The translations under genes were made by a program, and so were the position numbers. DNA of 32,000 nucleotides from Nitrosospira multiformis ATCC 25196 (lineage in GTDB: Bacteria > Pseudomonadota > Gammaproteobacteria > Burkholderiales > Nitrosomonadaceae): contig NC_007614.1 of the NCBI RefSeq assembly GCF_000196355.1, positions 240,001-272,000 of the forward strand, read 5' to 3'. This document shows, one piece after another, positions 24,728-32,000 of the stretch. Position 1 is the stretch's first letter, and each line of letters opens with the position of its first letter. The notes under the pieces were generated by a model. The model saw only the letters and a list, made by a program, of their open reading frames with translations. It was not told where the DNA came from and made no database searches.

Positions 24728-26191
24728 ATGAGTTTAGCAGTCAAGAGCTTAAGCGCGGTCAAGAGTAGCTACGCCGGAACGATCATTCGGATCGGCGCGC
24801 AGTTTGGTGCTCAGATTTTAATCATGCGTCAACTCGATCCAGAATTAGTCGGCGCATTCGGATATGTGCTGTTGCTCCATGGTATCTTGGCCTTGATTAT
24901 CGACCAAGGTTATGGATGGTCTCTAATACAAGGACACTTTAACGACAAGCGCGAAATCGCCATTGTTTTTTCCAGAATCATGCTTTTATCATTTATTGGC
25001 ATGCTCTGTGTTTTCGCAATTTCTTACCCTGCCGCGGATTATCTGGAGAATGAGCTTGTCGGATCTATGTTCAGATATTCGGCCCCATCGTGTCTCTTCA
25101 TAGGATTCTTCAGTATCTCACAGGCTGCATTGAGAGCAGAGCTCAGGTTTCGGGAGATTCAAATAGCAACTACCGGCGCGTACCTGATCGCGTATCCCAT
25201 TGTAGGGGTCACGATGGCTCTAGGCGGGTTCGGGGTTTGGTCTCTGGTAGCTGCATGGTATGTACATTATATTCTCCAGGTTGTTATTGGTCACTATTAC
25301 AGCCCTCATTCTCTAAAGCTTGCAAATCCTTTCCTGCCAACCAAGAGTGGCCCGATGGGTCGTCAGGTGGCTGGAATCAATGTTTTGAACTGGGCTGTAG
25401 ACAATACCGGAGGCGTGTTCATCGGAGGCCTGGGCGCCTCCGCATTAGGGAATTTCAATGCCGCCATGATGCTGGCGCGCACTCCTGCACTTCATGCAGT
25501 CCAAACATTGCAATCGATCCTCTTTTCCACCGCTTCTGCAATCGGTGCTGATCAGCAACGAATAAAGCGCCTTTACCTAGCCGTGCTGGCGGCAGTCAGT
25601 TTTATCGTTTTTCCGACATATGGATACACCTTCACACATGCAGAGTTAGTGATCAAGATAGTGTTCGGGAGTAAATGGCTTGATGCCGCAGATATTTTTT
25701 CCGCTCTATCCATAGGAATGATTGCATTCTCGTTGAGTTTGCTTTCAGGGGCGATTCTTACCGCAACCGGGGATCAGAAAACGGTACTTTATTCACAGAT
25801 GGCTTGCTTGATGGTCATGATCTTCGGTTTGTCTCTCACCATAAATGTCAGTCTTGTCTATGTTGGACTTGCCATTACCGTGGCGTATACGGTCAGACTC
25901 TCTTTACAGTTGAAAGCAATCGCGGTGAGGGGCGGGATCACGCTGAAAGAATTCCTCGCGACACTAAGAGGGCCCTTTTTTGTCGCTATCATTATGGCTA
26001 TGCCGGTTACCTTATTCGGTGACTCTACGCTTGAGGTTATTCCAACTGAATTATTGGCGCTTGCCCTCAAAGGTCTCGTACTTTTGGTGCTGTTCAAGGT
26101 GTTTCCCAGTTTTTTCTTTAGTCTTGCCTCTATAGATCTGCTGAGCAGATTTCATGCAGGACGGCAAGTTGTCCATATGTTGGGTATCTGA
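24728..26191 (+). CDS. polysaccharide biosynthesis protein, Wzx-type flippase (MOP superfamily)
   Basis: 487 aa with about 12-14 hydrophobic helices. N-terminal region typical of Polysacc_synt proteins (GTIIRIGAQFGAQILIMRQLDPELVGAF). Confidence 0.75.
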   Translation: MSLAVKSLSAVKSSYAGTIIRIGAQFGAQILIMRQLDPELVGAFGYVLLLHGILALIIDQGYGWSLIQGHFNDKREIAIVFSRIMLLSFIGMLCVFAISYPAADYLENELVGSMFRYSAPSCLFIGFFSISQAALRAELRFREIQIATTGAYLIAYPIVGVTMALGGFGVWSLVAAWYVHYILQVVIGHYYSPHSLKLANPFLPTKSGPMGRQVAGINVLNWAVDNTGGVFIGGLGASALGNFNAAMMLARTPALHAVQTLQSILFSTASAIGADQQRIKRLYLAVLAAVSFIVFPTYGYTFTHAELVIKIVFGSKWLDAADIFSALSIGMIAFSLSLLSGAILTATGDQKTVLYSQMACLMVMIFGLSLTINVSLVYVGLAITVAYTVRLSLQLKAIAVRGGITLKEFLATLRGPFFVAIIMAMPVTLFGDSTLEVIPTELLALALKGLVLLVLFKVFPSFFFSLASIDLLSRFHAGRQVVHMLGI

Positions 26192-26223
26192 AGCATGCGC
26201 CCCCGCCTACAAAATTTAACCGT

Positions 26224-27717
26224 TTGCGAGGCTTCCTCGTGCTGACAGTCATTATTCTTTCGATAGCTGTCTTTGTTTTTGCGCTTGGTTCAATCGTTGC
26301 AATGAGCGCTGTGGCAGGCGCAGCTTCCCGCTGGCCAGGTCAAATGTTCAGCTATCTGATGTGGATGATAGTGATGGCAGGTGTGGGCGGTATCCTCGTT
26401 TCAGGGCGTATTCTCAGAATAGACGAAGAAGCTTTGGTTATGGGAGCAGTGGGCGAAGCTGGGGGCACGATAATTGCCAAATTGCTCCTCTCCGCTGTAA
26501 TCGGGGTTTCCCTCGCTTTATGCGTGACATGGATATTGTTGTCGAGCAAAAGGAAGGCAGGGGGTAACCGTTTTGAACAAAGGAGACTGAATTCGCCAAA
26601 TGATATCGTGATTGCGTTTATGGTGTTCTATATCGCGTTCAGCATTCTGCCGCTCATCTTTGGAAAGAGCCATCAATTTCACGTATCACTGTTTTATCCA
26701 TTTTTCGTGTTTATCGCCTTATTTCTGTGGATGCGGTTGTCGAAGGTTGACCCGGTTATCGTGGCGAAGCAGTGCCTGGGATTTATTGTATTGACTAGTT
26801 TGGTCATGGCCGTGCTAATTCCCCAGCTGGCCGTTCAGCCCAGCTATGTAGGACTTATCCCCGGATTCAATTCGCGACTTTGGGGGTTAACGGCAGGAGC
26901 AAACTCTCTTGGATCAGTCGCTGGCACTCTTCTCGTGCTGGAGGCCGCCGAGCCATCCGCCAGGAGATGGCTCGGCAATGGAATTTTTTTCACTGCTGCC
27001 CTAGCCTTGGTTTTAACTCAATCCAAGACCTCCATTCTGGCAGCGTTCCTGGGGCTTTTGATCATTTTTGGATATCGACTGGTGACCGGGCTTCAAGGAA
27101 AAAGCTTGAACGGACGTAATGAAAATTTAATTTTAATTATTCTAATAGCGTTTTTTATTTTGTTTATCACGGCAGTCAGTGCGTGGGTGATGTTCTTTGA
27201 TACAAGCGTCTTTACTTCACTTGAACGCAGCCTGGATTCGCGAGCGGTTAGCAAATTGGCAACGGCAAGCGGACGAACCTGGATATGGGAAGTTGCTTTG
27301 CGAGGAGGAATGGAGAATCCTCTGTTCGGACAGGGTTTAGGCTTCTGGAGCTTGGAGAATCGGCTTCGGTGGGGGCTGGGGGGTGCCGTACATGCCCATA
27401 ATTTGTTTCTTGACGTGTTTGCCCGTTCTGGATTTGTGGGCTTGAGCACACTATTGGTTTTTCTCTATTTTGTTTTTCGCTACTCCGTACGCGCGACCCG
27501 GTACACGCATGGAGGCAGCATTGCGTTGGCAGTCATCTTTCTCGTTCGAGCGACGTTTGAAGTGCCACTTCAACCAAATGCCATTCTAGGAGCGGAATCC
27601 ATGGCAATGTTGGCTTTTTTCCTCTATGTAATCGATAGAGGAGCCAAACAGCGCGACAAAGCCAATGAGCCCGTCCAAGTGCGGGCACATTTTTTAAGAG
27701 CAGGAAACTTCCGATGA
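26224..27717 (+). CDS. O-antigen ligase / Wzy-like polymerase family membrane protein
   Basis: Polytopic. Wzy_C-type loop and motif GRTWIWEVALRGGMENPLFGQGLGFW...AHNLFLDVFARSGFVGL. Only non-ATG starts (TTG 26224 or GTG 26239) preserve the first TM helix. Confidence 0.72.
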   Translation: MRGFLVLTVIILSIAVFVFALGSIVAMSAVAGAASRWPGQMFSYLMWMIVMAGVGGILVSGRILRIDEEALVMGAVGEAGGTIIAKLLLSAVIGVSLALCVTWILLSSKRKAGGNRFEQRRLNSPNDIVIAFMVFYIAFSILPLIFGKSHQFHVSLFYPFFVFIALFLWMRLSKVDPVIVAKQCLGFIVLTSLVMAVLIPQLAVQPSYVGLIPGFNSRLWGLTAGANSLGSVAGTLLVLEAAEPSARRWLGNGIFFTAALALVLTQSKTSILAAFLGLLIIFGYRLVTGLQGKSLNGRNENLILIILIAFFILFITAVSAWVMFFDTSVFTSLERSLDSRAVSKLATASGRTWIWEVALRGGMENPLFGQGLGFWSLENRLRWGLGGAVHAHNLFLDVFARSGFVGLSTLLVFLYFVFRYSVRATRYTHGGSIALAVIFLVRATFEVPLQPNAILGAESMAMLAFFLYVIDRGAKQRDKANEPVQVRAHFLRAGNFR

Positions 27718-28838
27718 AGAAACCCCGCGTTGTCCTGGTTGCCTTGCACTTTGCCGAATATGCTTTGAATTTGGCGCTCGCAGTAGCTGAAAGTCGAGAG
27801 GTGCTCCTTGTTCTGTATCGTGGTAACGCTGATCGCGAACTCGGCCCAGATTGGCTTAAGGGTATCCGTCATCCGTCCTTGATGCTACTGATACTGGATA
27901 GGCCGCGCTCCCCTCTGATGATTCTTGGCAACGCAAGACGGCTTGTACGCGCAATCCAGCAATTCAAGCCTGATGTAATTCATTATCAGGAAGATCCTCG
28001 CGATGAAGTAATTCTAGGACTGTATTTCCTACGTTCGATACCCATAGTACTTACCGTACACGATCCCACCCCCCATTCAGGGACAGATTCCAATCGTTTG
28101 CGCTATTCGCGCTTTAGGTTATACCTGCCCCTGATGAGGCGAGCTGCGGATATCGCCATTACCCACGGTGGTTTGCTTGCTGACAATTTGATCAAAGCGT
28201 TTCCTCATTTCAAAGATAAAGTCCAACCCATTCCACACGGTCCGCTAGGGCTTTTCAGCGGTACCCAACCATCACATCCCAGCGGGTTCCGCTTGCTGTT
28301 TTTCGGACGTATCTTCGAATATAAGGGGCTCAGTTATTTTGTCGACTCAGTCATAATGCTTCGAGACAAAGGCTACCCGGTGATTGGGGTAGTTGCGGGC
28401 TTCGGTACGGATCTAGCGCGGCATAGACAACGCATGGAAGAAGCCGGTTGTTTTGAAATTTTGGATAGATATATTGCCGCGAAAGAAGTCCCCGATCTGT
28501 TTCTCGACTCTTTTGCGGTAGTCCTTCCCTATGTTGATGGCACCCAAAGCGGCGTCGCGGCCATGGCATTAGGCTTTGCTCGACCTGTAGTAGCCAGCGC
28601 TGTGGGATCCATACCTGAACTAGTCAGAAATGGGGAAAACGGATTGCTTGTCCCCCCGTCGGATTCAATCGCTCTGTCCGAGGCAATCGAAACCCTTCTT
28701 AATGATACTCAGCTCTGGGAGCAATTGACCGCAGGAGCTCAGAGGCTAAGAGATCAGGAACTTTCTTGGGAATCCATTGCTGACAAAACAATTCGTGTTT
28801 ATGAATTGGCTGGAAAAATGCGACTGGCCTCAACATAG
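27714..28838 (+). CDS. glycosyltransferase family 4 (GT-B, group 1)
   Basis: 374 aa. C-terminal Glycos_transf_1 pattern LLFFGRIFEYKGL...PYVDGTQSGVAAMALGFARPVVASAVGSIPELVRNGENGLLVPP. ATGA overlap with the upstream gene. Confidence 0.85.
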   Translation: MKKPRVVLVALHFAEYALNLALAVAESREVLLVLYRGNADRELGPDWLKGIRHPSLMLLILDRPRSPLMILGNARRLVRAIQQFKPDVIHYQEDPRDEVILGLYFLRSIPIVLTVHDPTPHSGTDSNRLRYSRFRLYLPLMRRAADIAITHGGLLADNLIKAFPHFKDKVQPIPHGPLGLFSGTQPSHPSGFRLLFFGRIFEYKGLSYFVDSVIMLRDKGYPVIGVVAGFGTDLARHRQRMEEAGCFEILDRYIAAKEVPDLFLDSFAVVLPYVDGTQSGVAAMALGFARPVVASAVGSIPELVRNGENGLLVPPSDSIALSEAIETLLNDTQLWEQLTAGAQRLRDQELSWESIADKTIRVYELAGKMRLAST

Positions 28839-29101
28839 TCTACACTGGAATTAGGCTATGCTAAGGGTTAAAGTAGTGAGACATGGTGATGCAGTGATGT
28901 CGGGCCGAGCATAAATTGCTGGCAGTGAAATATGTAGGAAACAATGGTTTGAGCGTCGAGATTGCAATCAGCAGATGGAGTATAAAACCGCGCGCAATGT
29001 TTGTGCTTTCGGTATCCACGCCTGTGTTGCGGACGGGATTCATCACGGAAACGAAGAATACCTTCGTCACTCACTATCAAATAATTTAATGGCTATCCAT
29101 T

Positions 29102-31420
29102 ATGTTTAGAAAACCTACATTACAGGCCCTTGCCGTTGCCAGTCTGCTCGCTCACACTCAGGTTGGATGTCAACAGCTACCTCCAGAGAAAATCGACAAT
29201 CGAATGAGCGATTGGGCAGAGCCGACAGCCGCCGAACAGATTCCCGTCACGCCGGCGAATGGAGCCATAGTGAAACAGAACCCGCCGGATTTTGACTGGC
29301 GGCGCATAAACCTTTCCGCAGAGTACGTACTGGTGCTACAGCATGAAGGGGGAAAACGTTATGAGTGGCGGACTCCGCGGAATTGGTACTTGCCCTCCGC
29401 CAGTCTGCCGCCAGGTAAATACTCCTGGCAAGTTCGTCCGATTGGACCGGGAAGCGGAGTCGGCGAGAGCGCTTGGCGCCGATTCACAATATCCGAGGAT
29501 GCGATACCATTCGTTGTACCGGATAACGAAGATTTGTTGCGGGAATTACGAAACAAACCCCGGCCTCGTAGTTTCGTGCGTGGTAAGGATGAAAGCAAGT
29601 CGCGTTCACTCGTGCAGAGTGAGCGAAGCAATGTAGTGGCCACCGTGAAAAATCAGGTGAAAAAAAAGATGGCTCAGCCCGCACTTGCCGCACCCCCGAA
29701 ACTAGTTGACCGCAAAGTCGGCAAGGGGGCAGGCTGGGCGAATTCCTTATTTGCCATCCGAAACTATGTATCAGGAGAAGCGTATCAACTCAGGGCCACG
29801 GCTTTCCTCTGGCAGCTTAATCACGATCCGGCGCTGCTGGCAGAGGCATTGAGAACCGGCGATGCACTTGCTGCACTGGACCCGAACGGTCCTACAGGAC
29901 ATAAATCCCAGGATCAGGCATCCCGCGATATCGCAATTGGACTTGCCTCAGCCTTCGATTGGCTGGGAGATGCAGTACCCGCGGAATCCCAGCAGCTATG
30001 GCTAAAAGCCATCGCAGCGCGAGGCCAAGCAATCTATGACGACCTTCTGGGCGGGCAAAGGCGCTTCGAGTTGGCACGCTACGATTCGCACGGATGGACA
30101 AATCTGGGGTATCTCGCCGATCTTTCCGCGCTAATGGTTGGGACCCTACCGGTGGCTGATAACTGGTTTAATGATTCCTTCCGTTTTTATATTCATACCG
30201 TGAGCCCATGGGGGGGCGAGGAAGGAGGGTGGGCGAACAGTTCGGCTTACGCCATATGGTCGCTTAACTTGGGTATCATTCCGCGCTGGGACTCGATTCG
30301 GGCCGCGACGGGAATCAATATCTATAAGAAACCCTGGTCTCAGGGACTTCTCAAGTACTTTGTATATTTCGAGCCTCCCTCTTCACCCATCCAGCTTTTT
30401 GGGGATGGCGCAGAGATGCCTCCCGACTTCAGCCAGATTAAGGGCTACGCTTCGCGGCAGGATAGTCCGCTGGCCGCGTGGTACTTTCTCAATATTGATA
30501 AAAGAGAATATCCCCTACAGGTCTTGGAAGCCCCGATTCCTCTTCCGGTGGAAGGAATCAAACCTGAGCCACCTCGAGCAAATTCAATCGCTTTTCACGA
30601 TATAGGATGGGTGGCGATGCATAGCGCAATAGTCGATCCATTGAGAACATCCGTTTATTTCCGGTCAAGCCCATACGCGGCGTTTGGCCACAGCCACGCC
30701 GATAACAATTCTTTTGTCCTCGTATCCAGAGATGAGCCATTGCTGATCGCTAGCGGATACTACGACTGGGAAGGTTCTCCTCACTGGAAACAATGGTATT
30801 GGCAAACCAAGGCTCACAATGCCATCACTTTTGATGGAGGAAAAGGTCAAGCAGAGAAAACAGGTTCGGGAAAGATGACTGCAAAGGGACAATTGACGGA
30901 ATTCCAGAGTAACGGGAAAGTGGATTTCACGGAAGGAGATGCAACCCCGGCCTATGAGGGTGCCTTGCAACAGGCTAGAAGGCGTCTGTGGTACTTGCGG
31001 AATAAAAATGTGCTCATCATCCATGATTCCTTGCGCTCTGCCACTCCACGTCAGTTCGAGTGGAATATACATGCTCTCAACCCATTCGAGATCAAGGAAC
31101 CGGGATCAATCGAGGTCAAGCAGAAGGCCGCGCGCGCCTGTATCAACATGCTGCAGCCGCACGCCATTGAATTCGCGCAGAACAACAGATTTGACGCTCC
31201 TCCTCAAATACCTCCCTCGCGAAATGAAAATGACCAAGGTGGTGCACGCACGACCAATGATCAGTGGCATGGACGTTTCCAGACGAAAGAGCGAATGGCT
31301 GCCGTAGAGTTTCTGGCCGTAGTGGATATAGACTGTAAGAATATTCCGATAGAGATGGGAAATTTTGAAAGTAATCGGAAGATCAAGGTGGGGGACGAGA
31401 GCATTCATGTTGCCCGATAA
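29102..31420 (+). CDS. heparinase II/III-like family lipoprotein (DUF4962 N-domain plus alpha/alpha-toroid plus heparinase II/III C-domain)
   Basis: 772 aa. Lipoprotein signal ...LLAHTQVGC. N-terminal NPPDFDWRR...LPPGKYSWQVRP (DUF4962-like). C-terminal SPYAAFGHSHADNNSFVL, which is characteristic of heparinase II/III-type lyases. Confidence 0.78.
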   Translation: MFRKPTLQALAVASLLAHTQVGCQQLPPEKIDNRMSDWAEPTAAEQIPVTPANGAIVKQNPPDFDWRRINLSAEYVLVLQHEGGKRYEWRTPRNWYLPSASLPPGKYSWQVRPIGPGSGVGESAWRRFTISEDAIPFVVPDNEDLLRELRNKPRPRSFVRGKDESKSRSLVQSERSNVVATVKNQVKKKMAQPALAAPPKLVDRKVGKGAGWANSLFAIRNYVSGEAYQLRATAFLWQLNHDPALLAEALRTGDALAALDPNGPTGHKSQDQASRDIAIGLASAFDWLGDAVPAESQQLWLKAIAARGQAIYDDLLGGQRRFELARYDSHGWTNLGYLADLSALMVGTLPVADNWFNDSFRFYIHTVSPWGGEEGGWANSSAYAIWSLNLGIIPRWDSIRAATGINIYKKPWSQGLLKYFVYFEPPSSPIQLFGDGAEMPPDFSQIKGYASRQDSPLAAWYFLNIDKREYPLQVLEAPIPLPVEGIKPEPPRANSIAFHDIGWVAMHSAIVDPLRTSVYFRSSPYAAFGHSHADNNSFVLVSRDEPLLIASGYYDWEGSPHWKQWYWQTKAHNAITFDGGKGQAEKTGSGKMTAKGQLTEFQSNGKVDFTEGDATPAYEGALQQARRRLWYLRNKNVLIIHDSLRSATPRQFEWNIHALNPFEIKEPGSIEVKQKAARACINMLQPHAIEFAQNNRFDAPPQIPPSRNENDQGGARTTNDQWHGRFQTKERMAAVEFLAVVDIDCKNIPIEMGNFESNRKIKVGDESIHVAR

Positions 31421-31672
31421 AGCAAGCAGTGTGAGCTACTGTTTTATCCCTGAGATAGATATCAAGCCTGTAGAAATGAAATTGCGGCAAACAGTACTGA
31501 CCTTTCTCCATGTATACATGCCCTATATCCTATCGGGGCTACCTTACTGTTGCAAATACACGAGACTTTGGGTAACGGAAAACCTCCTTAAATAGAGAAC
31601 TGGTAAGATTTATGCTTGAGAAATAGTGCTCTAATCAAGAGGCAGCATTGAGCAATCCAAAATGGAGGCAAA

Positions 31673-32000
31673 ATGCAGAATCCCCGTAGAATTTGCGTGG
31701 CTGATCCTAATCATCGCTTAAGTCAAAAAAGATTTACCAGAAATTCCAGAGACATATTTATTTGTCCTGATTGTGGCTGCATCATGGCTGATGTTGACTT
31801 CGATCATGATCAATATGAGTCTGGAGATTACTATACCATGCAGCATAAAACAGTACAAAGTATCGAGGAAGTATGGGGATTCAGATGGCGCTATATTCTA
31901 GATCAGATTTTGAAAATTAATGGGCGTTCATCCTTGCTCGATGTGGGTGCGGGCAATGGATATTTTGTGGCTTTAGCTTCGAGAGAATTTTCTTTTGATG
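31673..32000 (+). CDS. class I SAM-dependent methyltransferase, N-terminal fragment (runs off the window)
   Basis: Not in the ORF track because no stop is reached. Translated by hand from the ATG at 31673 (GGAGG SD 8 nt upstream): MQNPRRICVADPN...FICPDCGCIMADVDF...GRSSLLDVGAGNGYFVALAS. It has a Cys pair (CPDCGC) and SAM motif I LLDVGAGNG. Confidence 0.7.
   Translation, partial: MQNPRRICVADPNHRLSQKRFTRNSRDIFICPDCGCIMADVDFDHDQYESGDYYTMQHKTVQSIEEVWGFRWRYILDQILKINGRSSLLDVGAGNGYFVALASREFSFD

Noticed and set aside
31365-31595. 76-aa ORF overlapping the heparinase 3' end and the following spacer
   Set aside because: It overlaps a well-supported CDS in another frame. The remaining 39-aa portion has no SD or motif.
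1-32000. CRISPR arrays, IS elements, toxin-antitoxin pairs or recognisable phage-defence gene sets
   Set aside because: Both strands were read. There are no spaced identical repeats of CRISPR type, no transposase or integrase ORFs, and no small adjacent TA-like gene pairs.

Overview
Chromosomal segment, probably from a betaproteobacterium (inferred from gene content only, no search run). It has three parts. (1) Left end, 1-2100: the 3' end of pyrE, a LEA_2/WHy lipoprotein, RNase P RNA, and a secreted His/Gly-rich protein with a C-terminal membrane anchor. (2) 2379-6661, minus strand: a tightly coupled four-gene operon of fatty acyl-AMP ligase, SDR reductase, dedicated ACP and a serine-palmitoyltransferase-type oxoamine synthase, which reads as a bacterial sphingoid-base/ceramide core module. 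It is followed by a STAS protein, an orphan Rieske oxygenase, the housekeeping xseB-ispA-dxs-folE2 block, and a promoter-driven tRNA-Pro/Arg/His cluster. (3) After about 1 kb of unexplained AT-rich non-coding DNA, a plus-strand exosortase-B (XrtB/EpsH) polysaccharide locus runs from 14443 to the window end. It contains epsA, a priming transferase, epsL, epsD, epsE, epsF, epsG, an antisense VanZ-like gene, xrtB and epsI, then a visibly AT-richer block with a flippase, a Wzy/O-antigen-ligase-like protein, a GT4, a heparinase II/III lipoprotein and a methyltransferase. The most interesting signal is in EpsG. Its N-terminus carries two tandem 24-residue MshEN-like (c-di-GMP-receptor-type) motifs with a 5-residue spacer. 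Its kinase core has Walker A Lys->Arg, Walker A-prime DxD->DxN and no tyrosine tail. This suggests a nucleotide-second-messenger-sensing pseudokinase on the chain-length machinery. No CRISPR array, IS element or integrase was seen.
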